A stretch of DNA of 64,000 nucleotides, taken from contig CAVVNQ010000007.1 of assembly GCA_963749705.1 (NCBI GenBank), positions 160,001-224,000 on the forward strand, read 5' to 3'. This DNA is from an uncultured Chloroflexia bacterium. Its GTDB lineage: Bacteria; Chloroflexota; Limnocylindria; Limnocylindrales; CSP1-4. The notes under the pieces are model-generated. The model had not been told where the DNA came from and ran no database searches. It saw only the letters and a list, made by a program, of their open reading frames with translations. Every line of letters starts with the position of its first letter. Position 1 is the first letter of the stretch. Both the position numbers and the translations under genes were made by a program. This document shows, in pieces, positions 54,130-64,000 of this stretch.

Positions 54130-55431
54130 TCAGGCCGACGGCTGCCCACCGGCCAGGATCCAGGTCGAACCGTCGGCGCCGTCACGGACCTCGATGCCGG
54201 CCTCGCCGAGCCGGTCACGGACCAAGTCGGCAGTCGCGTAGTCGCCGGCGTCCCGGGCCCGAGCTCGCAGGGTGAGCAGCGTCTCGACGAGCGGGCTGAC
54301 CGTGGACCGTGGATCGCCGGCTCCGGTCGTGGCCGCCTCGCCCAGCCGGACGATCAGCGCCCGGAACGTCGAGCTGGCGTTGTCCAGGTCCGGGCTGTCC
54401 TCGCCGGCCCGGATCCGGGCCTCGATCGAGCTGTCAAGGTCGAGCAGCGCGGCCACGGCTGCGCGCGGATCGCCCTGCGCGAGCGCGGCGATGAACGCCC
54501 CTTCGAGGTCCGCCATCTCGTCCCGCAGCGGCTCCGCAGACCGCGTCCCGCGGCCGGCGGTCGACAGGGCTCGATCGGCATCGCGCTGACCTGTCCCGGG
54601 CGCGACATCGACCGCCTCGCCCGTCGCCAGCCGTCGAGCCGCAGCTGCCAGCGCGTCGATGTCGACATCGCTCCCGGCCGGGAACACCGCCGACCGTCCC
54701 CCGACGCGGACGGTCACGGCGCCCAGCCCCGACACGGTCGCGGTCCCGCGCTCAAGGTCGAGCACGAGCGCCGTGTGGCCGTCGACGCCAAGCACGAACA
54801 CGTCCTCCGGGAGCTGGGCCTCGAGCTGTCGCAGCCGGCGCTCGCCCATGTAGCAGAAGCGGGTGTCGTGGTTGCCGCCCTCGGCGTTGTCGTAGTGGGG
54901 GACGACCGCGGCGCGGAGCCCGGTCGCGGGCCCCAGGAGGTCGAGCCCTTGCAGCCAGGTCGGGTCGGCGCCGACCTTGTAGATCTCGTACACGGGGATG
55001 GTCAGCACCCCCAGCGTGAGCGCCGCCGCGCTGGCCATGGTCAGGATCCCGCCGTCCCGCAGCAGCGCCGCGAGCGAGGCCGGGATGGGGCCGTCGGCCC
55101 AGTGGCGGAGCGCGTAGCTCGGGCTCCCGGGGCCGGCCATCAGGTAGCGAGCCTCGCGGATCCGCGCGAGGGCCGTCGCGGCGGTCACCGCATCGACGTC
55201 GCGGGACCGGTAGGACGCCGCCGCCACGGTGCGCCCGACGCTGTCCGCGAAGAACCGGACCGTCCGCGCGGTCAGCTCGTCCGCGTTCTCCTGGAACCCG
55301 TACGGGGTATCGAGGACGGCCGCCGGCACCGGTCCATCGCCGAGGCGCGCGAACAGCTCGCGATGGACCTTCGCCATCGTCGGCGCGGTCTCGCCCGAGC
55401 CCATGATCGCCAGCACGCGGGGCAGGCTCAC
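54130..55431 (-). CDS. Peptidase S51/cyanophycinase-like domain fused to a CysRS-type anticodon-binding domain
   Basis: MGSGET, GPGSPSY, ASAAA, PHYDNAEGG, LGVDGHT; C-terminal LRARARDAGDYATADLVRDRLGEAGIEVRDGADGSTW. Confidence 0.8.
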   Translation of the reverse strand: MSLPRVLAIMGSGETAPTMAKVHRELFARLGDGPVPAAVLDTPYGFQENADELTARTVRFFADSVGRTVAAASYRSRDVDAVTAATALARIREARYLMAGPGSPSYALRHWADGPIPASLAALLRDGGILTMASAAALTLGVLTIPVYEIYKVGADPTWLQGLDLLGPATGLRAAVVPHYDNAEGGNHDTRFCYMGERRLRQLEAQLPEDVFVLGVDGHTALVLDLERGTATVSGLGAVTVRVGGRSAVFPAGSDVDIDALAAAARRLATGEAVDVAPGTGQRDADRALSTAGRGTRSAEPLRDEMADLEGAFIAALAQGDPRAAVAALLDLDSSIEARIRAGEDSPDLDNASSTFRALIVRLGEAATTGAGDPRSTVSPLVETLLTLRARARDAGDYATADLVRDRLGEAGIEVRDGADGSTWILAGGQPSA

Positions 55432-56282
55432 GATCCCGCCCCGTCGGCCGCCAGCTCGAGCATCACCGTTGCCACTTCGTCGGGATGCTGCGCGTGGATG
55501 TCGTGATCACCCCGGAACCAGCGGACCCGAGCCCGCGGGATCCGTCGGGCGGCCTCCTCGACGTCGGCGCGCTTCCTGCCCGTGCGCTCGGGATCGCCGC
55601 TGTCAGCCGGCATCAGCAGGACCGGGGCCTCGATCAGCGGATACCGGTCCACCGGCCGGTGCTCCCACAGCCCCCGCAGGACCGCCATGTGGCGGTCGAG
55701 GGTGAGCCACAGCGCGACGGTGCCGTCGGGCCGACGCTCGAAGTTCGCGAGCGCCCCCTGGATGCCGGTCTCGGGCCAGTCCGGGTGTACCGAACGGAGG
55801 TACGCCTCGACCTCCGCGAACCGCCGCCCCGCAAGGTCAGGCGGTGCGAGCGCAGCACGGCACGTATCCCAGTCCGGGAAGTCGCGCCCGAGCTGGAGCC
55901 AGCCCCCGTCGACGCAGGCGACCCCGCCGATCATTGCCGGCTCCCCGGCGGCCAGCTCGATCACCACGTTGCCGCCCCATGACTGGCCGGCGACCACCGG
56001 ACGCTCCAGCCCCAGCCGCTCGATCAGGCCGGCGAGATCCGCGGCGACCGTGGCCACGTCGTACGGACCGTCGGGCTTCGAGGATCGCCCATGGCCGCGA
56101 AGATCGACGGCGAGCACGCGGTGGCCGTGCGCGACCAGCCGCGCGGCCACGCCATCCCACATCCGGGCGTTCGAGGCCAGTCCGTGGACGAGCAGGTACG
56201 GCGGGCCTGCGATGTCCGCCGGTGCCCAGCTGTCGACCGCCAGCTCCACGCCCTCGGCGACCAGGACCCGTTCGGTATGCAT
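55428..56282 (-). CDS. Alpha/beta hydrolase
   Basis: VHGL, DLRGHGRS, GQSWGG nucleophile elbow, GDHDIH; TACCAT 7 nt before ATG. Confidence 0.92.
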   Translation of the reverse strand: MHTERVLVAEGVELAVDSWAPADIAGPPYLLVHGLASNARMWDGVAARLVAHGHRVLAVDLRGHGRSSKPDGPYDVATVAADLAGLIERLGLERPVVAGQSWGGNVVIELAAGEPAMIGGVACVDGGWLQLGRDFPDWDTCRAALAPPDLAGRRFAEVEAYLRSVHPDWPETGIQGALANFERRPDGTVALWLTLDRHMAVLRGLWEHRPVDRYPLIEAPVLLMPADSGDPERTGRKRADVEEAARRIPRARVRWFRGDHDIHAQHPDEVATVMLELAADGAGS

Positions 56283-56410
56283 GCCGACGATGGTAGTCGG
56301 CCCGGGCCGCGGACCTCCGTGTCGGAAGCGGGCCCGGAGCGGTTCCGTCGCCCCGGGCCCTCGCCCGCCGTCCCTGGCTGGGGACGATGGGTTGCGCCCA
56401 GACTATCAGC

Positions 56411-56473
56411 GGACCGCCGGACCGCCGGACGCCCGGACCGCCGGACCGCCGAACCACGGACCACCCGGACGGC
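56411..56473. repeat. Imperfect 8-nt tandem repeat (GGACCGCC), about 7 copies
   Basis: ggaccgcc ggaccgcc ggacgccc ggaccgcc ggaccgcc gaaccac ggaccaccc in a divergent intergenic region. Confidence 0.75.
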
Positions 56474-56575
56474 AGGTGCGGACGCGTAGGTGACCGCGCC
56501 GGTCGCCGTGATGCGCGAGCCTGCCGGGTGCCCGACATCGGCCGGTCGTTGAGGCGTGCCTGCTATCGTGCGATC

Positions 56576-57391
56576 GTGGACGGGGAGGCGATCCGGCAGC
56601 ACGAACCCGTGGACGACGGGCCGACCTCCGCGCTCACCGCGCGGTGGCTGGGCCGGGTCGACTATCGCGATGCGTGGCGGCTCCAGAAAGGGCTCGCGGC
56701 GGCGAGGGCCGATGGGCAGATCGGGGACCAGCTGCTGCTCCTGGAGCATCCGGCGGTGCTGACGCTCGGACGCCAGGCCGATGATGCCCATGTGCTGGCC
56801 CCGCCGGCGCTGCTCGAGGAGCGCGGCATCGAGCTGCTGCGCGTCGAGCGCGGCGGAGAGGTGACCTATCACGGTCCCGGCCAGCTGGTCGCGTACCCGA
56901 TCATCCGTCTCGCCGACCGGGATCTCCTGCTTCGTCCGTTCGTCCGCGCGCTCGAGGCGTCGCTGATCGAGACGTGCGCCGCCTTCGGCGTCAGCGCCGG
57001 GCGCCGAGACGGCCATCCCGGTTGCTGGGTGGACGGCGACGGTCCGCTCCCGCGCAAGATCGGCGCGCTCGGGATCCGCGTGGAACGCGGTGTCGCCTAC
57101 CACGGGATCGCGCTCAACGTGAACGTGGCGCTCGCGGACTTCGACCTGATCGACCCGTGCGGGATGCCCGGCCTGACCTCGGCCTCGATCGCGTCGGAGC
57201 TCGGCCGGCGCGACGAGACGCCATCGATCGCGGCGGTCGCCGCCGCCGCCGCCGTGTTCGCCCGAGCGCTGGCCGATCGGATCGGTGCGCCGCTCACGGG
57301 CCGGCTTCCGCCCGACGCCGACCCGGCCGGCGAGCGGGTGGCCATCGAGCGCCTCGCCATCGAGCGGCAGACCGCCGTTCCGGTCTCCTGA
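56576..57391 (+). CDS. lipB: Lipoyl(octanoyl) transferase
   Basis: LEHPAVLTLG, RGGEVTYHGPGQLVAYP, KIGALG, HGIALN, PCG; TGcTATCGT 6 nt before GTG. Confidence 0.93.
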   Translation: MDGEAIRQHEPVDDGPTSALTARWLGRVDYRDAWRLQKGLAAARADGQIGDQLLLLEHPAVLTLGRQADDAHVLAPPALLEERGIELLRVERGGEVTYHGPGQLVAYPIIRLADRDLLLRPFVRALEASLIETCAAFGVSAGRRDGHPGCWVDGDGPLPRKIGALGIRVERGVAYHGIALNVNVALADFDLIDPCGMPGLTSASIASELGRRDETPSIAAVAAAAAVFARALADRIGAPLTGRLPPDADPAGERVAIERLAIERQTAVPVS

Positions 57392-57410
57392 ACGGCCGGG
57401 TGGTGGAGAC

Positions 57411-58412
57411 GTGAGCCAGGGCCTGTTCGAGCTCCGCAAGGATGCGATCACCGGCTGGTGGGTCGCAACGATCATCGATCGCACCTTCGCGCGCGAGCAA
57501 TTCGCGCTGCCCGCGGCACGGGTCGACGACCGGGACGACTGCTTCAACTGCCGGCTTCCCCCCGGGGACGGCATCCGCCTGCGGACGCTCAGGGACTTCG
57601 CGTTCACCGTCGCCGGCACCGAGGAGGAGGCGCGAGCCCGGGCGTCGGTGGCCCAGGTCACGATCTCGGATGCGCGCGCCGCCGGATCCTGGCGGACCGT
57701 GGTCGCGCCGCCGGGAGAGCATCGGCCGCTCCACGCGGTGGGCAACGCGACGATCGAGGAGCTCCTGGCCCGCTGCCGGGACGAGATCACGGCGGCGCGC
57801 CGCGCCGACCGCACCCAGCACCTCCAGATCGTCCAGAACTGGGGCGCCCAGGCGGGTGCGCGGACGAACCACCTGTGCTTCGATCTCTATGACCTTCCCC
57901 AGATCCCGCACCGTGTCGCCGAGGAGCTGGGCGGCGCGGCCCGGTTCCTGATCCGCGAGGGAGAGTGCCCGTACTGCCGGCTCGTTCGAGAGGAGGTGCG
58001 GCGCCCGGACCACTTGCTCTACGCCGACGACCACGCGGTCGCGTTCGCGCCGTATGCGTCGCGGTCGCCGTTCGAGGTGTGGGTCGTGCCTCGCCGGCAC
58101 GATGCGGACTTCGCCGGCGCGACGGACCGTGACATCGCCGCGGCAGCGGAGGCGCTTCGCCAGGTCCTCGGCCGCCTCGCGGCGAGCCTCGATGGCCCGC
58201 CGTACAACCTCGTGCTCCACTCGGCCCCGCTCAGGGAGCAGGTCGAGTCGACGTACCATTGGCACTGGGAGATTCACCCGAGGCTGCGCGAGATCGCAGG
58301 TCTCGAGCTCGGCACCGGCCTGCCGGTGAACCCGGTGTCCCCGGAGGACGCCGTGGAGGAGCTCCGATCGGGTTTCTCGGGCGAGGGTCCGCCGGAGCAC
58401 CCCGCACGGTGA
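57411..58412 (+). CDS. GalT-like (HIT superfamily) protein with degenerate active site
   Basis: ELRKDAITGWWV, CFNC, NWGAQAGARTNHLCFD, CPYC, PYASRSPFE, YHWHWEIHPR, AGLELGTG. Confidence 0.85.
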   Translation: MSQGLFELRKDAITGWWVATIIDRTFAREQFALPAARVDDRDDCFNCRLPPGDGIRLRTLRDFAFTVAGTEEEARARASVAQVTISDARAAGSWRTVVAPPGEHRPLHAVGNATIEELLARCRDEITAARRADRTQHLQIVQNWGAQAGARTNHLCFDLYDLPQIPHRVAEELGGAARFLIREGECPYCRLVREEVRRPDHLLYADDHAVAFAPYASRSPFEVWVVPRRHDADFAGATDRDIAAAAEALRQVLGRLAASLDGPPYNLVLHSAPLREQVESTYHWHWEIHPRLREIAGLELGTGLPVNPVSPEDAVEELRSGFSGEGPPEHPAR

Positions 58413-58524
58413 GTGGGGCGGGGGGAGGAGGCCGTCACACGCACGGGGATCGCGGCGTCAAACGGATTCGGAGCGCAACGCTCCCGATCGGCGCCCCCGG
58501 CCGATCAGCCGCACCGGAGCTCCA

Positions 58525-59193
58525 GTGGCCGCAAACCTCCCCAGGATCCAACAGCGCCGACTCGTGCCCACGGGGCTTGCCGTGAGCGCGGGCTGGGATC
58601 GCGACGAGGCGTACCGCTTCGTCGAGGACCTGTTCGCACGGCACCAGAACGAGATCTACGCCTACCTCCTGCGGATGCTCCGTGACCCGGAGCTTGCGGC
58701 CGATCTGACGCAGGACGCGTTCGTCAAGGCATATCGCGCCTACGACGCGCTCCAGAAGCCCGAGAACGCCCGAGCGTGGCTGTACCAGATCGCCCACCGC
58801 GTCGCCCTCGATGACCTGCGCCGCCGGCGGATCGTGCGCTTCGTGCCGCTGGTCGGCGACACGCGCGGCGCGGCGCCATCCGCCGAGCACCTGGTGATGG
58901 ACGCGCGCCTCTCGGGCGACCTCCAGCGCGCCCTCGAGCAGATCCCCGACCGGCAGCGGTCCGCACTCCTGCTGGCGGAGCTCCACGACCTGACCGGCAT
59001 CGAGCTGGCGGCGGCACTGGGCGTCTCGCATGTCGCGGCGCGTGCCCTCCTGACCCGTGCCCGCGAGAGCCTGCGACGGGCCCTGGCTGCCGAGCGCGAG
59101 CAGCAGGCGGCCGCCGATGGGGCTCGAGAGCATTCTGCGGGAGCCATCGGGGCCGACGATGAACGGCGCCGTCGCCCGGGTGCGGGACGGTGA
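58525..59193 (+). CDS. ECF RNA polymerase sigma factor (start may be 58582)
   Basis: AADLTQDAFVKAY, AWLYQIA, region 4 ELAAALGVS…LTRARESLR. Confidence 0.92.
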   Translation: MAANLPRIQQRRLVPTGLAVSAGWDRDEAYRFVEDLFARHQNEIYAYLLRMLRDPELAADLTQDAFVKAYRAYDALQKPENARAWLYQIAHRVALDDLRRRRIVRFVPLVGDTRGAAPSAEHLVMDARLSGDLQRALEQIPDRQRSALLLAELHDLTGIELAAALGVSHVAARALLTRARESLRRALAAEREQQAAADGAREHSAGAIGADDERRRRPGAGR

Positions 59194-61031
59194 GCAGCCG
59201 GACCGGACGGTCGCGGGACCCGCGCGCCGCGGATCACCAGCGTGCGCGCGAGCTGGCCGCCCGGGCCGTCGACGAGCCGCTCGCCGGTGCCGATGCCGCG
59301 TGGCTGGTGTGGCATCTCGGACGCTGCGCTCCGTGCCGCGGCGTCGCCGCCGAGTACGACGAGCAGCGGGTGCTCCTGCGCCGGCTGCGTGATGCGGCGC
59401 CGCCTCCGCCCCGCGACCTGTGGGCCCGGACGGCCGCGAGCATCGAGGCCGTCGGGGCACGCCGGGCACCCTGGTACGGCATCCGGGGCCGGCGACGCGT
59501 GCCGCTCGCGCCGCTCGCCGGGCTGCTCGTCCTGGCCGTGGCCGTCGGGGCCGGGCTGCTCAACGGCGGCCCGCTGTTCCCGGGCCAGGGTCCCGCGGGC
59601 GGAGCTGCCTCCGGTCCGGCGCCCACGCCGATCGCGATGACCGCCGGTGTGTTCCAGTTCGTGACCCGCGGCGAGGACGGTGCGCTCGAGCTGTCGACCA
59701 GCCGGTACGACGCCGTGTGTCCGGTGGGATCGCAGGACTGCGGCACGTCGGCGGCCAGCGACACCACCCCGCTGTCGGCGGGCCTCAGCAAGCTGGGCAG
59801 CTTCGACGCGGTGATCTCGCCCTCGCAGGATCGGATCGTGGTCATGGGCACGAACCCGTCGTCGGGCGGCGTGTTCGTGGTGCCCGTGAACGTCGCGCCG
59901 GCCGCGTCGCCGACACCGGCCTCGACGGGCGAGCCGAGCCTGGACGCCACTCCGCCGCAGGCGTCCGCGAGTGCCTCAGTGGCGCCGTCGCAGCCCGCCA
60001 CGGAGACACCGACGGCGCCCGTGACGCCCCCGGCGACCCCGACCGTGACGCCCCCGGCCACCCCGACCGCGACGCCGCCGGCGACCCCGACCGCGACGCC
60101 CACGAGGGGAACGCCGTCGCCCGGTGCGGGCGCCAGCGCGACCCCGTCGCAGAGCCCCGACGCCACCCCCTCGCCGGCCGACACCGCGGGCGCGTCAACG
60201 GCGCCATCGCCGACGGCGACGGTGGAGGTCACGCCCGCCCCCGACGGCGCGCTCGAGATCGCAAGCGGGGTCGTGGTCGTCGGCTCGGCCTCCGCCTACT
60301 CACCCGACGGAACGCAGTTCGCGTTCACGGCTCGGCCTGCCGACGACTCGGCCGGTCCCGATGTCTACGTGTGGCAGACGAGCGAGGCCCTGGCGCACCA
60401 GGTCACGCTCGATCACGGATCGCTGCTGGCCGGCTGGCTGGGTGACCAGCTGCTGGTGAGCCGGCTTGTCGATGGCATTCCGACCACGTGGATCGTCGAT
60501 CCCGCGACCGGGTCAGAGGAGGCCGTTCCCGCCGAGCGGATGTGGCGCCCGACCGTCGGTCCGCACCAGCGAACCGGCGTGTGGTGGGATGGCACGGTGA
60601 CGTCCGCCGAGGACGGGTTCTCGTGGACCCCCGCCGAGGGACAGCTCGTGCTCGGTGGCTGGCCCGACGGCGCGGGGAGCCAGGTGCTCGAGACCGGCGT
60701 GATCCGCGATTGGCAGGTCCGCTGGGACGAGTCGGGAACCGCGCTCGCCCTGTGGGTGACCGACGGCGAGAGCGGCGATGCCGGTCGCCTGAGCCTGTAC
60801 CAGGTCGATCCGGTCACCGGTGCGGTCAACCTCGACAAGCCGATCCTTGCCGACGCTCCCGCGTTCGCGGGGTTCTCGCTGCGTCATGGGCGGCTTGCCT
60901 GGACGGCGCCGGCACCGGACGCGAGCGGCGCCGATCCCGAGGACACCACGGTCGAGGTCCTGGCGTGGTCGGGGGAGAGTGTCGGCCACCTCGCGGTGCA
61001 CGGCCGGCGGGGCGCCATCGTCGTCCGCTGA
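59190..61031 (+). CDS. Zinc-finger (HxxxCxxC) anti-sigma factor with TM and large extracytoplasmic domain
   Basis: HLGRCAPC, TM LAGLLVLAVAVGAGLL, TPPATPT repeats, SPDG beta-propeller-like motifs; GTGA coupling to the sigma gene. Confidence 0.85.
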   Translation: MSSRTGRSRDPRAADHQRARELAARAVDEPLAGADAAWLVWHLGRCAPCRGVAAEYDEQRVLLRRLRDAAPPPPRDLWARTAASIEAVGARRAPWYGIRGRRRVPLAPLAGLLVLAVAVGAGLLNGGPLFPGQGPAGGAASGPAPTPIAMTAGVFQFVTRGEDGALELSTSRYDAVCPVGSQDCGTSAASDTTPLSAGLSKLGSFDAVISPSQDRIVVMGTNPSSGGVFVVPVNVAPAASPTPASTGEPSLDATPPQASASASVAPSQPATETPTAPVTPPATPTVTPPATPTATPPATPTATPTRGTPSPGAGASATPSQSPDATPSPADTAGASTAPSPTATVEVTPAPDGALEIASGVVVVGSASAYSPDGTQFAFTARPADDSAGPDVYVWQTSEALAHQVTLDHGSLLAGWLGDQLLVSRLVDGIPTTWIVDPATGSEEAVPAERMWRPTVGPHQRTGVWWDGTVTSAEDGFSWTPAEGQLVLGGWPDGAGSQVLETGVIRDWQVRWDESGTALALWVTDGESGDAGRLSLYQVDPVTGAVNLDKPILADAPAFAGFSLRHGRLAWTAPAPDASGADPEDTTVEVLAWSGESVGHLAVHGRRGAIVVR

Positions 61032-61147
61032 GCGCGCGCAAAGCGCCGCACGCCTGAGGCCATCTACCCGGCGACGGAAGCCGCTGCTCGATCGTCGCCG
61101 GCCCACGACCAGCACGGATGGGCCGGCTGGGGTACCGTGTGCGACTC

Positions 61148-61702
61148 ATGCGACGCAAATTGGTCGTCGCGGCCGCGGCGCTCATCGCCGCGTTCGCCCT
61201 GGCTGGTTTGCCGGCTCCCGTGGGATCGAGGACATCCTCGACCGACCGGGCGGTGGAGCTGGCGGCCTTTTCGACCTTCAACCTCCACGGGACCGGCGCC
61301 TCGACTCAGGGAGCCCCGGGCGTACCTGCCCCTGCGCGGCGTTCCGCGGGGTTCCTGTCCGCGTCCGACGCGCTCGTCGAGCCCGGCAGCACGCCCCCGC
61401 CGCCGCCGGTCCGCCCGGTCATCAAGCAGCCCTCGACGTCGCCGAGCAGCGCGTGGAAGACGCCGAAGTACACGATGTCGGGCTACGCGACGTTCTACGA
61501 CAACGGGACCACCGCGATGCGCCTGCCGCGCGGGACCGTCGTGCGGATCTGCGGCAACGGCGGCTGCATCGAGCGCACCGTGACCGACTACGGGCCGGTC
61601 AAGCCGATCAGGATCGTGGACATGTACCGCCCCGACTTCTTCCAGATCTGCGGCTGCGGGTGGTACGCCGGCACGACCTGGGTCACGGTCTCGATCTACT
61701 GA
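61148..61702 (+). CDS. Secreted protein with RlpA/expansin-like double-psi beta-barrel
   Basis: Signal peptide, Pro-rich linker, GYATFY…LPRGTVVRIC…VTDYGP…IVDM. Confidence 0.75.
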   Translation: MRRKLVVAAAALIAAFALAGLPAPVGSRTSSTDRAVELAAFSTFNLHGTGASTQGAPGVPAPARRSAGFLSASDALVEPGSTPPPPPVRPVIKQPSTSPSSAWKTPKYTMSGYATFYDNGTTAMRLPRGTVVRICGNGGCIERTVTDYGPVKPIRIVDMYRPDFFQICGCGWYAGTTWVTVSIY

Positions 61703-61754
61703 CGCCGCGCGCTCCGGAGACGCGGGCCGCGCGGGCCCGGTCGCGCTAGACTGA

Positions 61755-63429
<1,675 letters not shown>

Positions 63430-63433
<4 letters not shown>

Positions 63434-64000
63434 GCACGGACGCGACGGGGGCGGGGGAGCGCGCTCGCGGCGAGGTCGCCGACGGCCGCACGCTCCGGGG
63501 CTGGGCGGTGGATCCCGCAGCCGGGCGCGAGGGCGCGGCCGAGGTCGTGGTCACCGGCGGGCGGATCGAGCGGCTGACCTGGCTCACCGGGGCGGCGGCG
63601 GACGGGATCGGCCCGGAGGGCACGTTGATCGTGCCCGGCTTCGTGGACCTCCATGCGCACTTCCGGGAGCCCGGCAACGAGGATGCGGAGACGATCGCCA
63701 GCGGCGTCGTGGCGGCGGCGCACGGCGGGTTCACGACGGTGTGCCTGATGCCCAACACGACGCCGGCGACGGACGATCCGGCGGTGGTCGCGCGCGTCCG
63801 GGCGGCCGCCGGGGCATCGGGGTCGCCGGTCCGGGTGCTCGTCCACGGGGCGGTCACGACCGGGCGGCAGGGTGACACCCTGGCGCCGCTGGGCGAGCTC
63901 GCCGACGCCGGGGTGGCCGGGTTCTCCGACGACGGATCGCCCGTTCGATCGGCCGCGATGCTCCGCAACGCGCTCCTGTACGCGGGCGCGCTGGGGCTGC
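63430..64000 (+). CDS. pyrC: Dihydroorotase (partial, runs off the right edge)
   Basis: PGFVDLHAHFREPG, GGFTTVCLMPNT, FSDDG; ATGA coupling to pyrB. Confidence 0.93.

Noticed and set aside
54130-55431. Cysteinyl-tRNA synthetase
   Set aside because: Only the anticodon-type domain is present; no HIGH/KMSKS catalytic core.
60010-60105. 24-nt repeats in the anti-sigma gene as a special element
   Set aside because: Ordinary coding Pro/Thr linker repeats (TPPATPT).

Overview
Very GC-rich bacterial chromosomal segment. Gene style suggests Chloroflexota (Limnocylindria-like) or an actinobacterial relative; this is inference only. I saw no rRNA, tRNA, CRISPR array, integrase or transposase. Left to right: (1) a hypothetical-gene region; (2) a glutamine-synthetase-family ligase plus amidohydrolase (split FluG-like pair); (3) a long ICL2-type isocitrate lyase with an upstream Cys/His microprotein and a divergent LysR; (4) an MFS exporter; (5) a ~30 kb methylated-amine/betaine catabolic island with four GcvT-family flavoproteins (three carrying single-base frameshifts), a DadA-like oxidoreductase, TetR, a LIV-type ABC importer, EtfAB with a membrane Fe-S/CCG oxidoreductase, GntR, a corrinoid methyltransferase module (MttB-family, corrinoid protein, pterin-binding MT, ASKHA activator), MetF and IclR; (6) katG-SDR-kdgK-eda; (7) a candidate RRNPP-like peptide signalling locus; (8) secreted and surface proteins, a peptidase-S51/CysRS-anticodon fusion, lipB, a GalT-like protein lacking its catalytic His, and an ECF sigma/anti-sigma pair; (9) pyrR-pyrB-pyrC. 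The best novel candidate is item 7. It comprises an XRE-HTH+TPR receptor, a paralogous stand-alone XRE HTH, and a divergently transcribed 37-aa pre-peptide absent from the ORF track (signal peptide ending ALA, then QTPYPH), followed by an EAL phosphodiesterase.
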